DNA of 64,000 nucleotides from Halarcobacter sp. (GTDB lineage Bacteria > Campylobacterota > Campylobacteria > Campylobacterales > Arcobacteraceae): positions 3,072,001 to 3,136,000 of the forward strand of contig CP182352.1 of the NCBI GenBank assembly GCA_048571215.1. The letters are read 5' to 3'. Each line of letters starts with the position of its first letter. Within the stretch, counting starts at the first letter, position 1. Made by a program: the position numbers and the translations under genes. Below the pieces are notes generated by a model. The model searched no databases, had not been told where the DNA came from, and saw nothing but the letters and a program-made list of their open reading frames with translations. Below, one piece after another: positions 29,901-38,527 of the stretch.

Positions 29901-32196
29901 TTCTTCTTTAGTAGGAAGTGATACTTTAAGCTCATTAGTAGATGGAAGTTTAAGTACAAGTGCAACAAGTACAAGTGGAGTAGGGAATAATTATGTCATT
30001 TCAACTTCAAACTTAAGTGATGTAGCGAATGATAACTATACAGTTACCTTTAATGATGGAAAATTAACAATCACACCAAAAGCGATAACAGTATTAGCAG
30101 ATAATCAAACAAAAGTATATGGAGATGCTAATCCAAACTTAACATACTCATTGGCAACAGGTTCTTCTTTAGTAGGAAGTGATACTTTAAGCTCATTAGT
30201 AGATGGAAGTTTAAGTACAAGTGCAACAAGTACAAGTGGAGTAGGGAATAATTATGTCATTTCAACTTCAAACTTAAGTGATGTAGCGAATGATAACTAT
30301 ACAGTTACCTTTAATGATGGAAAATTAACAATCACACCAAAAGCGATAACAGTATTAGCAGATAATCAAACAAAAGTATATGGAGATGCTAATCCAAACT
30401 TAACATACTCATTGGCAACAGGTTCTTCTTTAGTAGGAAGTGATACTTTAAGCTCATTAGTAGATGGAAGTTTAAGTACAAGTGCAACAAGTACAAGTGG
30501 AGTAGGGAATAATTATGTCATTTCAACTTCAAACTTAAGTGATGTAGCGAATGATAACTATACAGTTACCTTTAATGATGGAAAATTAACAATCACACCA
30601 AAAGCGATAACAGTATTAGCAGATAATCAAACAAAAGTATATGGAGATGCTAATCCAAACTTAACATACTCATTGGCAACAGGTTCTTCTTTAGTAGGAA
30701 GTGATACTTTAAGCTCATTAGTAGATGGAAGTTTAAGTACAAGTGCAACAAGTACAAGTGGAGTAGGGAATAATTATGTCATTTCAACTTCAAACTTAAG
30801 TGATGTAGCGAATGATAACTATACAGTTACCTTTAATGATGGAAAATTAACAATCACACCAAAAGCGATAACAGTATTAGCAGATAATCAAACAAAAGTA
30901 TATGGAGATGCTAATCCAAACTTAACATACTCATTGGCAACAGGTTCTTCTTTAGTAGGAAGTGATACTTTAAGCTCATTAGTAGATGGAAGTTTAAGTA
31001 CAAGTGCAACAAGTACAAGTGGAGTAGGGAATAATTATGTCATTTCAACTTCAAACTTAAGTGATGTAGCGAATGATAACTATACAGTTACCTTTAATGA
31101 TGGAAAATTAACAATCACACCAAAAGCGATAACAGTATTAGCAGATAATCAAACAAAAGTATATGGAGATGCTAATCCAAACTTAACATACTCATTGGCA
31201 ACAGGTTCTTCTTTAGTAGGAAGTGATACTTTAAGCTCATTAGTAGATGGAAGTTTAAGTACAAGTGCAACAAGTACAAGTGGAGTAGGGAATAATTATG
31301 TCATTTCAACTTCAAACTTAAGTGATGTAGCGAATGATAACTATACAGTTACCTTTAATGATGGAAAATTAACAATCACACCAAAAGCGATAACAGTATT
31401 AGCAGATAATCAAACAAAAGTATATGGAGATGCTAATCCAAACTTAACATACTCATTGGCAACAGGTTCTTCTTTAGTAGGAAGTGATACTTTAAGCTCA
31501 TTAGTAGATGGAAGTTTAAGTACAAGTGCAACAAGTACAAGTGGAGTAGGGAATAATTATGTCATTTCAACTTCAAACTTAAGTGATGTAGCGAATGATA
31601 ACTATACAGTTACCTTTAATGATGGAAAATTAACAATCACACCAAAAGCGATAACAGTATTAGCAGATAATCAAACAAAAGTATATGGAGATGCTAATCC
31701 AAACTTAACTTATGTAGCAACAGGCTTGATAAATGAAGATACATTAAGTGGAAGTTTAAGTACAGATGCAACAAGTACAAGTGAAGTCGGAATTTATGAT
31801 ATAACTCAAGGTAATTTAGCAAATACTAACTATGATGTTTCATTTACTAAAGGAGAATTAACAGTTTTAGCAAAAAATGAACCAATAAATAAGGTTATTG
31901 CACCAATCCAGAACCAAACAGCAGTTATAAATCAAACACTAGCAAATAATATAATAAACCCTATGACTTCAATATCATCACAATTTATAGTGCCACAACA
32001 AAATAGAAGTAATGTAACAGCAGTAGAAACAAACAATAATAAAATATTAGTTCCACTGTCACAAATAAAAGAACAAACTGGTTCTTCTGATGTTAGAATT
32101 AGACTAAGTGATAACTCTATGATTACTTTAGTTAATAATGCTATTAATCTACCGTCTGGTGTTGAACAAGAATTTTATGTAAATGAAAATAAATAA
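23926..32196 (+). CDS. Two-partner secretion passenger (filamentous-haemagglutinin-type TPS domain, GLUG repeats, MBG-like repeats); probable adhesin
   Basis: Extended signal peptide, TPS domain (INWNKFSI..NETVNFNQP, LNRVVG, LNSNGVLFG), VGGLVGYN repeats, and KVYGDANP repeats. Confidence 0.9.
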   Translation: MNSNYKYKNAFRILKGGKISLVVSALLTTTSLFSAPSGGVVTSGSATINQSGSVTNINQSSQKASINWNKFSIDKNETVNFNQPNVNSITLNRVVGNERSVINGALNANGQVWILNSNGVLFGKNASINTSGLLATTKNISDLDFQKGNYNFKGDSTSSIINQGTIDINNSGYVVFASNEVQNSGVIKAVKGNVHLVGAKEYSINLNGNSLVNLTVDKGVLDALVKNSGTIIADGGEVYLTTNAVDELLKGVVNNTGVIEANSIDDVTGKVELFAHGGKAEVGGTISATDGFVETSGKDFKILDDAIIKAGEWLIDPVDITIDDSLASTIETALGSGDVTIETTSAGASSVNTSSGESAGDGDITVNSGITWSTNKKLTLKADDEIYVNATIENTNNTNGGVYFQAANTSNKVIFDTNGKVIVNNVYQLQWINQALNGKYELGSNIDASVTKNWDSGKGFNPIGNNLEFTGSFDGLGHTIDSLYINRPNQNYVGLFGYTQNSTIKNIGLTNIDITGNYYVGGLVGYNGYSTISNSYASGSVTGSRDSVGGLVGYNDDSTISNSYASGSVSGDYYVGGLIGCNYDNSSISNSYASGSVSGYYYVGGLVGYNDTSTISNSYASGSVSSESGSFVGGLVGYNDNLSISNSYASGSVSGNYYVGGLIGYNYDNSSISNSYTSGSVSGNYYVGGLVGYNGYSTISNSYTSGSVSSESGSYVGGLVGENYGTITNSFWDIDTTGQTNSSGGGTGIHSSTDTIDAFTKSTYKDFDFTNTWFMIDGETRPFLRMEYSTNITNDHQLQLMAMDLTANYTLAKNITYTGSMWSSRGFNPIGDDSNMFTGGFDGLGHTIDSLYINRPNQNYVGLFGYTKNSTIKNIGLTKVEIKGKNNVGGLVGYNESNGEASTIFNSYTSGSVSGRGENLGGLLGYNYGVYSEINYSYSSANVIGEGSTNRTGGLVGWNHNGASIKNSYATGSVNAQDGVGGLLGSNEEDAIVENSYSIGSVHGTEGSIGGLIGWSDARTTNSYWDTQKSGQTNGIGTNKNNQTATGLTTAQMSYGQIFKDASWDIVVDSSVTSSIPILKYDSVNNKYVWAIAPLALNYTLSDKTRTYNGTQSLSNLYTTSSIFGESYSFLDGDYKFQVSGSDVSEYKNAGTYNNIKVASDSDFLTIKESGNTAGKLTITPKAITVLADNQTKVYGDANPNLTYSLATGSSLVGSDTLSSLVDGSLSTSATSTSGVGNNYVISTSNLSDVANDNYTVTFNDGKLTITPKAITVLADNQTKVYGDANPNLTYSLATGSSLVGSDTLSSLVDGSLSTSATSTSGVGNNYVISTSNLSDVANDNYTVTFNDGKLTITPKAITVLADNQTKVYGDANPNLTYSLATGSSLVGSDTLSSLVDGSLSTSATSTSGVGNNYVISTSNLSDVANDNYTVTFNDGKLTITPKAITVLADNQTKVYGDANPNLTYSLATGSSLVGSDTLSSLVDGSLSTSATSTSGVGNNYVISTSNLSDVANDNYTVTFNDGKLTITPKAITVLADNQTKVYGDANPNLTYSLATGSSLVGSDTLSSLVDGSLSTSATSTSGVGNNYVISTSNLSDVANDNYTVTFNDGKLTITPKAITVLADNQTKVYGDANPNLTYSLATGSSLVGSDTLSSLVDGSLSTSATSTSGVGNNYVISTSNLSDVANDNYTVTFNDGKLTITPKAITVLADNQTKVYGDANPNLTYSLATGSSLVGSDTLSSLVDGSLSTSATSTSGVGNNYVISTSNLSDVANDNYTVTFNDGKLTITPKAITVLADNQTKVYGDANPNLTYSLATGSSLVGSDTLSSLVDGSLSTSATSTSGVGNNYVISTSNLSDVANDNYTVTFNDGKLTITPKAITVLADNQTKVYGDANPNLTYSLATGSSLVGSDTLSSLVDGSLSTSATSTSGVGNNYVISTSNLSDVANDNYTVTFNDGKLTITPKAITVLADNQTKVYGDANPNLTYSLATGSSLVGSDTLSSLVDGSLSTSATSTSGVGNNYVISTSNLSDVANDNYTVTFNDGKLTITPKAITVLADNQTKVYGDANPNLTYSLATGSSLVGSDTLSSLVDGSLSTSATSTSGVGNNYVISTSNLSDVANDNYTVTFNDGKLTITPKAITVLADNQTKVYGDANPNLTYSLATGSSLVGSDTLSSLVDGSLSTSATSTSGVGNNYVISTSNLSDVANDNYTVTFNDGKLTITPKAITVLADNQTKVYGDANPNLTYSLATGSSLVGSDTLSSLVDGSLSTSATSTSGVGNNYVISTSNLSDVANDNYTVTFNDGKLTITPKAITVLADNQTKVYGDANPNLTYSLATGSSLVGSDTLSSLVDGSLSTSATSTSGVGNNYVISTSNLSDVANDNYTVTFNDGKLTITPKAITVLADNQTKVYGDANPNLTYSLATGSSLVGSDTLSSLVDGSLSTSATSTSGVGNNYVISTSNLSDVANDNYTVTFNDGKLTITPKAITVLADNQTKVYGDANPNLTYSLATGSSLVGSDTLSSLVDGSLSTSATSTSGVGNNYVISTSNLSDVANDNYTVTFNDGKLTITPKAITVLADNQTKVYGDANPNLTYVATGLINEDTLSGSLSTDATSTSEVGIYDITQGNLANTNYDVSFTKGELTVLAKNEPINKVIAPIQNQTAVINQTLANNIINPMTSISSQFIVPQQNRSNVTAVETNNNKILVPLSQIKEQTGSSDVRIRLSDNSMITLVNNAINLPSGVEQEFYVNENK
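25471..26100 (+). repeat. About 8 imperfect tandem GLUG-motif repeats (about 81-90 bp)
   Basis: Repeated GTAGGAGGATTG(G/A)TTGGAT...TCTAACTCTTATGCCTCTGGTTCTGTT, with a higher-order 252-bp duplication (25636 vs 25888). Confidence 0.9.
27448..31709 (+). repeat. 16 complete, apparently identical 261-bp (87-aa) tandem repeats plus a partial 17th
   Basis: The unit start GGAAAATTAACAATCACACC recurs at 27448, 27709 ... 31624 (4176 bp = 16 x 261). Confidence 0.95.
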
Positions 32197-32206
32197 GGAA
32201 AAATAA

Positions 32207-33892
32207 ATGAAACTTTTAAACAAACTAATAACAATATCTTTTCTTAGTTCATCACTGCTTTTTGCAGTGAATGTTCCAAATGCTGGAACTATCTCTAAAG
32301 ACCTTCAACTACCTAAAAATATCAAGAAAAATGAAAAAGGTTTAATTGAAGTAAATGGAGTAAAAAAAATAATACCTCCTATGAAAGATAATAAATCTGG
32401 CAGAAAAGTTTTAGTAAATGATTTTAATATACAAGGTAATACAAAAATCTTAGAAGCAGAGTTATTAGATTTAATCAAACAGTATAAAAATAAGAAGTTA
32501 TCATTTTATGATATGCAAGAAGTTGCACATATTATTACTAAACTTTATAGAACTAAAGGTTACTTTCTTGCAAGAGCATATATTCCAGTACAAGATATGA
32601 AAGATGGTATTTTAAAAATAATTGTTATTGAAGGTGAATTTGGTAAATTTAATCTTGAAAATAAATCAAGAGTTAAAGATAGTATAATCCAAAATATCTT
32701 TGATGAAGCAAAAAAAGATACCGTAATTTCAACATCTGCACTAGAGCGAAGTATGTTAATAGCAAATGATCTTTCAGGGGTATTTGTATCTAAAGCAGAT
32801 GTAAAAGCAGGAAGTGAAGTAGGAAGTAGTGACTTTGATATAGAGACATCTCCTTTGTCAAATTATAACGGTTATATAATAGCAGATAACTATGGAAGTA
32901 GATATACGGGACATAATAGAGTAATGGGTGGATTAACAGTAAATTCTCCATTTAAAATAGGTGATAAACTTTCATTTGTGGGATTGTTAAGTGAAGATAG
33001 TGACCTAAAATATATAGATAGTTCATATGAAACAATTCTTCATCCAAATGGATTAAAAGGTGGAATTGCTTACTCATATACAGGATATGAATTAAGTGAA
33101 GAGTTTGAAGAGTTAAATGCAAGAGGTTACTTAAAAGATATAAATGTAAACCTCTCTTATCCAATTATTAGACAAAGAGATAAAAACCTTTATGTAAGAT
33201 TTGACTTTGATAATAAAGATATAAAAGATGAGATAAGATCAACAGATACAAGTAGTAAAAAAGAGATAAATGTAGGAAGATTATCTTTGGATTATACAGA
33301 TTCGTCAGTTGTTAATTATATTTCAACAGAAACATCATTGTCTGTATCTTTAACTTATGGTAACTTAACATTTAAAAATGATAGTGATTTAGCAGATGAT
33401 AAAGCGGGAGCAGATACAAATGGGACTTATAAAAAGTTCAACCTAGAAGCATTTAAATCTATAGGTATTACTCCAAGATTATCATTAGAAGGTACATTTA
33501 AATACCAACACTCTTTTTCAAATAAAAACCTAGATGGAAGTGAAGACTTGTCAATAGGAGGAAGCCAAGGAGTAAAAGTATATCCAACAAGTGAAGTAAG
33601 TGCAGAAAATGGATATATTGCAACTGTAGAGGCAAAATATTTAATACCAACTTTCAATAATTATTCTCATAGTGTTGGAATCTTTTATGATAGAGCCAGA
33701 GCATATATGGCAAATAATACAAATGTAGATTTAGAAGATAGAAATTTACAAGATGTAGGTGTTTCATATTATGCTTCATATAAAGAGTTTTTCCTAAACT
33801 CTTATATGGCTTGGAAAGTTAATAGTAAAGATATAACAAGTGAACCAAACTATGGTTCTAAACTGTTAGTTCAAGTGGGTTGGATTTTTTAA
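32207..33892 (+). CDS. ShlB/FhaC/HecB-family TpsB outer membrane transporter
   Basis: Signal peptide, POTRA (LYRTKGYFLARAYIP.Q), DNYGSRYTG, IGG..GVK.Y loop, terminal Phe. Confidence 0.92.
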   Translation: MKLLNKLITISFLSSSLLFAVNVPNAGTISKDLQLPKNIKKNEKGLIEVNGVKKIIPPMKDNKSGRKVLVNDFNIQGNTKILEAELLDLIKQYKNKKLSFYDMQEVAHIITKLYRTKGYFLARAYIPVQDMKDGILKIIVIEGEFGKFNLENKSRVKDSIIQNIFDEAKKDTVISTSALERSMLIANDLSGVFVSKADVKAGSEVGSSDFDIETSPLSNYNGYIIADNYGSRYTGHNRVMGGLTVNSPFKIGDKLSFVGLLSEDSDLKYIDSSYETILHPNGLKGGIAYSYTGYELSEEFEELNARGYLKDINVNLSYPIIRQRDKNLYVRFDFDNKDIKDEIRSTDTSSKKEINVGRLSLDYTDSSVVNYISTETSLSVSLTYGNLTFKNDSDLADDKAGADTNGTYKKFNLEAFKSIGITPRLSLEGTFKYQHSFSNKNLDGSEDLSIGGSQGVKVYPTSEVSAENGYIATVEAKYLIPTFNNYSHSVGIFYDRARAYMANNTNVDLEDRNLQDVGVSYYASYKEFFLNSYMAWKVNSKDITSEPNYGSKLLVQVGWIF

Positions 33893-33919
33893 AGTAAAGC
33901 TTTTTAAAGGCTTTACTTT
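33891..33919. terminator. Bidirectional intrinsic terminator
   Basis: AAAGTAAAGC/GCTTTACTTT inverted repeat between convergent genes. Confidence 0.7.
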
Positions 33920-34540
33920 TTAAATCAAATCTGAAAAATCTTCATTTAAAATCAATAGTTTTTTCTCTTTTTTATTATAAATAAATCGTGGGTCTCTTTT
34001 TTGTATTGCTTTTAAAATTATAAGTTTTATATCTTTTTCTGTTTTATTTTTGCTTTTTAAATAAACAGTCAAATCATGTATAGAAAGATATTTATCTTCT
34101 GGTTTTTCTTTAAAACTATCTTCTGTCTTTTGATTTTTTTGTTCTATTTGGGGTTTGTATATTGATCTCATTTCATTAAATGCACTTTGAAGTAAATCAA
34201 TCTCTCTGTTAAAAACTCCAATAATTCTTTTTTGGTTTTTTTCTAGTCTTTTTATCTCAGAGATATATTGTTTTTTCATCCATTTTATTGAAGATTTTAA
34301 AAGTTCTATTTGCTCATCTTTCCCTTTTATTACATCTTTAAAAGTATCCACTTCCACAGGTGTAACTTCAACATTTTTATTGGATTGTGTTTTATCTTCA
34401 ACATGTTCACTTATATAAACATAAGTTTTCCCAGACTTTTTAATTGATTTTAATTGATTGTTTTTTATTCTGTAGTGTACCCCTTGTAAGGATAGTCCTA
34501 ATATTTGTGCAGCTTGAGTAGTAGTAACCAATCTCTCCAA
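33920..34540 (-). CDS. Putative DNA-binding protein (N-terminal MerR/excisionase-like HTH plus coiled coil)
   Basis: TTTQAAQILGLSLQGVHYRIK HTH and heptad-like KDEQIELLK...LEK. Confidence 0.6.
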   Translation of the reverse strand: MERLVTTTQAAQILGLSLQGVHYRIKNNQLKSIKKSGKTYVYISEHVEDKTQSNKNVEVTPVEVDTFKDVIKGKDEQIELLKSSIKWMKKQYISEIKRLEKNQKRIIGVFNREIDLLQSAFNEMRSIYKPQIEQKNQKTEDSFKEKPEDKYLSIHDLTVYLKSKNKTEKDIKLIILKAIQKRDPRFIYNKKEKKLLILNEDFSDLI

Positions 34541-34552
34541 GGGATTTCTCTT

Positions 34553-34930
34553 TTACATTTTTGAACTATCTATTTCTATAACTGTATGAACATTTCCACG
34601 GGGTTTAAAATCTGCAATAACCTTCATATATTTAGGTTGTAGTTTTTCATATAAAGTGTCAAATATCTCATTTGCAGAGTTTTCATGGGAAACTTCTCTG
34701 AACATAAATGTATTTATATAGATTTTCAATGCTTTTAATTCAATTACTAATTTATTAGGTATATATTCTAGTTTAATAGTAGCAAAATCAGGATATCCAC
34801 TTCTAGGACATTTTGCCATAAACTCTGGTAGTTCAATATTTATTGTGTAATTTTTTTCATGTTTATTTGGCCAGAAATTATCTTCACTATTAATATCAAA
34901 TTCAACTATCTCTTTTTCACCATATTTCAT
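34553..34930 (-). CDS. queF: NADPH-dependent preQ0 reductase (preQ1 synthase)
   Basis: PEF..KCP.SGYPDFA, ELKALKIY, SHE, PRGN. Confidence 0.93.
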   Translation of the reverse strand: MKYGEKEIVEFDINSEDNFWPNKHEKNYTINIELPEFMAKCPRSGYPDFATIKLEYIPNKLVIELKALKIYINTFMFREVSHENSANEIFDTLYEKLQPKYMKVIADFKPRGNVHTVIEIDSSKM

Positions 34931-35063
34931 TATATTTAAACCTTTGTATTTTGTGATAAAGTAGTTATTTTATCAAATTTTTACTAAAAATATTACAATT
35001 ACAACTAAAGCTATTTATAAGAGTCTATTATAGTACAATAGATTTATAATTTTTTATTATGGA

Positions 35064-36098
35064 GTGAACATGACAAGTGTATATGATATAGCAATTATTG
35101 GTGGAGGACCAGGAGGTATAGGAACAGCAATCGAAGCTGCCGTTCATGGAGTTGAGAATATCTTATTAATTGAAAAAGCAGATAATCACTCCAGTACTAT
35201 AAGAAAATTTTATAAAGATAATAAGCGAGTTGACAAGGATTGGAAAGGACAAAGTATAAATATAGAAGGTAATATCCCTTTTATGGATGGCACAAAAGAA
35301 ACCACATTAGACTTTTTTGACCAATTACTTGATGAAGAAAAAATTGATACAGCTTTTAATACAGAGGTTGAAAATATAATTAGAAATGAAGAAGAAAATC
35401 TATTTCTAATCACAACTGCATCTCAAAGTTTTAAGGCAAAGGCTGTTGTTATAACCATAGGAAAAATGGGTAAACCAAATAAACCAAAATACAAAATACC
35501 ACCTTCAATCAAAGAGTATGTTAATTTCAATCTAGATAAATGTCATGAGGGGGAAAAAATACTTGTAGTAGGTGGTGGAAATAGTGCAGCTGAATATGCC
35601 TATGAATTAGCAGATGAAAACAATACAGTCACTTTAGTTTATAGAAAAGATAAGTTTTCAAGACTTAATCCAGAAAACGAAGAGATCTTAAAATCTTATG
35701 ATGGTCAAGAGAAGTTAAGACTTCGACTAAATACAGATATTTTATCACTTGAAAATGAACACGGAAAAGTAAAAGTTACTTTTAATGATGGATATTACAC
35801 AATTTATGATAGAATTATTTTCGCAATTGGGGGAACAACTCCAATTGATTTTCTTAATAAAGTTGGAATTGAATTGAACAGTGATGGTAAACCTATATAT
35901 GATGAACACTATAGAACAAATATAGAAAATATGTATGTAGCAGGAGACATAGCCTTTAATACAGGTGGCTCTATAGCAGCTGCACTTAATCATGGTTACC
36001 ATATTGTAAACTCTTACTTAAAAAGAAGTGGCAAGATATATGCCCATACAGACAAAGTTGAAGAATTTTTTAATAATAACCCAAGCTTTAAGCACTAA
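35064..36098 (+). CDS. NAD(P)/FAD-dependent oxidoreductase (TrxB/YpdA-like, no CxxC)
   Basis: GGGPGG, VGGGNSA, YVAGD. Confidence 0.8.
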   Translation: MNMTSVYDIAIIGGGPGGIGTAIEAAVHGVENILLIEKADNHSSTIRKFYKDNKRVDKDWKGQSINIEGNIPFMDGTKETTLDFFDQLLDEEKIDTAFNTEVENIIRNEEENLFLITTASQSFKAKAVVITIGKMGKPNKPKYKIPPSIKEYVNFNLDKCHEGEKILVVGGGNSAAEYAYELADENNTVTLVYRKDKFSRLNPENEEILKSYDGQEKLRLRLNTDILSLENEHGKVKVTFNDGYYTIYDRIIFAIGGTTPIDFLNKVGIELNSDGKPIYDEHYRTNIENMYVAGDIAFNTGGSIAAALNHGYHIVNSYLKRSGKIYAHTDKVEEFFNNNPSFKH

Positions 36099-36104
36099 AT
36101 AATA

Positions 36105-36977
36105 ATGTTAGAAAAAAAGTCAAATCCTATACAACTTTTTATTCTAACAGTTGTTACACTTATTTTCCTATCAGCAAACTCTGTTTTTTGTAGAGCTGCA
36201 TTGGTTGATTTTAATATTGATGCCTTCTCTTTTACTTTTTTTAGACTTTTTTTTGGTGCTCTTACTTTAATACTTATTTTATTTTTTGTAAATAAAAACT
36301 TTAAATTAGAGGTAAAACCTAAAGGCAATTGGCTTAGTTCCTTTATGCTCTTTTTGTATGCAATCGCTTTTTCTTACTCCTATTTAAATATGGAAGCAGG
36401 GATTGGGACTTTGATATTATTTGCTGTGGTTCAATTAACCATGATAATAATTGCCATAATAAAAAAAGAGACACTAACTTTGAAAAAAGCTCTTGGAATA
36501 GTTATAGCTTTTTCTGGACTTGTTTATCTACTTTATCCAAGTGAAAACTTTTCTTTGTCACTTTTTCATGTATTTTTAATGATTATCTCTGGTATAGCTT
36601 GGGCTTTTTATACTATTCTTGGTAAAAAATCAACAAATGCCTTAAAAGATACAACAATAAACTTTACAAAAACAATTCCTTATTTAGTTTTATTTTTTAT
36701 ATTATTTGCAAATAATATACATATGAGTTTTCAAGGAGTTTTTTTAGCCTTTTTATCGGGAAGTGTAACTTCTGCTATTGGTTATGTACTTTGGTATTTG
36801 ATTTTAAGAAATATGGAAATTATCACTGCAAGTGTTATTCAACTAATAGTTCCTGTACTTGCAATAGTATTAAGTATAATCTTACTAGATGAGAAACTCA
36901 CCCCAACTCTTATAATCTCAACAAGTATGATTCTTGGTGGTATATTTATCTCAATTTATAAAAAAAGTTCCAATTGA
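36105..36977 (+). CDS. DMT/EamA family transporter
   Basis: About 10 TM helices; ANS..CR.AL and GY.LWY motifs. Confidence 0.82.
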   Translation: MLEKKSNPIQLFILTVVTLIFLSANSVFCRAALVDFNIDAFSFTFFRLFFGALTLILILFFVNKNFKLEVKPKGNWLSSFMLFLYAIAFSYSYLNMEAGIGTLILFAVVQLTMIIIAIIKKETLTLKKALGIVIAFSGLVYLLYPSENFSLSLFHVFLMIISGIAWAFYTILGKKSTNALKDTTINFTKTIPYLVLFFILFANNIHMSFQGVFLAFLSGSVTSAIGYVLWYLILRNMEIITASVIQLIVPVLAIVLSIILLDEKLTPTLIISTSMILGGIFISIYKKSSN

Positions 36978-37029
36978 TTTAATAAACTTTTCAAAAAATT
37001 ATATAATAATATAAAAAAAGGATTGAAAA

Positions 37030-37422
37030 ATGCCACACTTACAATTTGAAATTAATAAAAAAATTAACAATCAGACAAAAGATGAATTTGTAAATATCAT
37101 TAGAAAAACCTTTTCCGAAATAATGGATACAGGAACTGATCATATCGCTATTTCTATTAGAGAATATGATAAATACAACCTAACAATTGGCAGAGCAAAT
37201 CCAAAAGATGATATTTGTCTAATGAATTTAGATATTAGAGAGGGAAGAACTATAGAAAAAAGAAGAGAGTTAGCTTTGAGGTATATGTCAATTGTAAATG
37301 AACTCTTAGGTATTGATAATAGAAACCAATATATCACTTTTACTCAACATACAGGGGAAGATTTTCATCTTGTAGAGAGATATTTAGCATCTTGGGCTAG
37401 TGGGGAAGATCCACTTGCCTAA
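37030..37422 (+). CDS. Tautomerase superfamily protein (MIF/cis-CaaD-like)
   Basis: N-terminal Pro (MPHLQF) and IREGRT.EKRRELA. Confidence 0.7.
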   Translation: MPHLQFEINKKINNQTKDEFVNIIRKTFSEIMDTGTDHIAISIREYDKYNLTIGRANPKDDICLMNLDIREGRTIEKRRELALRYMSIVNELLGIDNRNQYITFTQHTGEDFHLVERYLASWASGEDPLA

Positions 37423-37485
37423 ATAATAAAATTAAGTGAAAAGTGCCACTCAAATTTAAATAATCACCCAATACTTTTATAAGCT

Positions 37486-38517
37486 CTAACGTAAACTTTT
37501 TATAGTTTTTAATCGTTGACTTATCTTTTTTAAATAGGTCAATGCAAAATTATTTTTGGGTTCTTGCTGTAAAATTTTTATAAATATATTTTTAGCATTT
37601 TCAAAATCTTGATGATTATAATAATTTACACCTTTTTTTTGTAAGGTAACTATTGATTGATTTTCATCAAATTGTTTACAAATACTAATAATCTTTTTAG
37701 CCTCTTCATTATTTGAAGATTTACTTAATACATCCCTTGCAACTTTTGCTGCTTCACTATATCTTTTATATCGTATAAATGTTTTTGCTCTTTTTATATC
37801 ATTTGATAAATCAATTGCTTTTAAATAACCATTTACCATAGAATTTTTAGGATAAATTTTATATAAAGCACGTAGTGATCTCTTTGCCTTTTCATATTTA
37901 CCTAGATTGTATAATTTGATAGCTTCTAACAATAAACTATTATATCTATTTGCTAATACTCCTTTTGTCTCACTTATCAAAAAACTTTGACTGTCGTAGG
38001 CATATAAGTTATTATATGAATTTCTCAACTGAATGATATTTTCAATAGAACCATTAACATTTTTTAAATCTTCTTTTAATAGATTCTCTTTTTTAGACAA
38101 AAACTCTCTTATCTTAGGTTCGTTTTTTAATTTTTTAAAAATCTTTTTACTATTTTCATCAGGATTATTAATCATCACTCTATTTAATAAATGCAAAGCT
38201 TTTATCTTATCTTTTTTCAAATATTTTAAAGCTTTTTTATAATCAATTTTAGAAAAATATTTTGCTTTAGAATCCAGTTTCTCAAGATATTTTTTTGAAT
38301 AAAAATCTCTATTTTCATAAAAATTTATTTTTTTATATGTTTCTAAAGCCTCTTTATAATACCCTTTTTTATAACAATATCCTGCATAATTTTTATAATA
38401 GTTAATTTGGCTTAATACATTTTGGTATACATTTCTATCTGTTGTAGAAAGATTATTCATATTTGTACAAGCACTGAAAAAAACAACTACTACAATAATA
38501 AAATATAAATTTTTCAT
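37486..38517 (-). CDS. TPR-repeat lipoprotein (start moved from 38553 to the ATG at 38517)
   Basis: AAGG RBS, MKNLYFIIVVVVFFSAC lipobox, TPR-like segments (AIKLYNLGKYEKAK...YPKN; GVNYYNHQDFENAK...EPKN). Confidence 0.72.
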   Translation of the reverse strand: MKNLYFIIVVVVFFSACTNMNNLSTTDRNVYQNVLSQINYYKNYAGYCYKKGYYKEALETYKKINFYENRDFYSKKYLEKLDSKAKYFSKIDYKKALKYLKKDKIKALHLLNRVMINNPDENSKKIFKKLKNEPKIREFLSKKENLLKEDLKNVNGSIENIIQLRNSYNNLYAYDSQSFLISETKGVLANRYNSLLLEAIKLYNLGKYEKAKRSLRALYKIYPKNSMVNGYLKAIDLSNDIKRAKTFIRYKRYSEAAKVARDVLSKSSNNEEAKKIISICKQFDENQSIVTLQKKGVNYYNHQDFENAKNIFIKILQQEPKNNFALTYLKKISQRLKTIKSLR

Positions 38518-38527
38518 AATAAAAACC

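Noticed and set aside
27448..31709. Tandem array as a CRISPR
   Set aside because: The units are 261 bp, contiguous, in frame within a CDS and have no unique spacers; there are no cas genes.
34931..35063. preQ1 riboswitch upstream of queF
   Set aside because: No recognisable preQ1 stem-loop and A-rich tail arrangement; the region is just an AT-rich divergent promoter.
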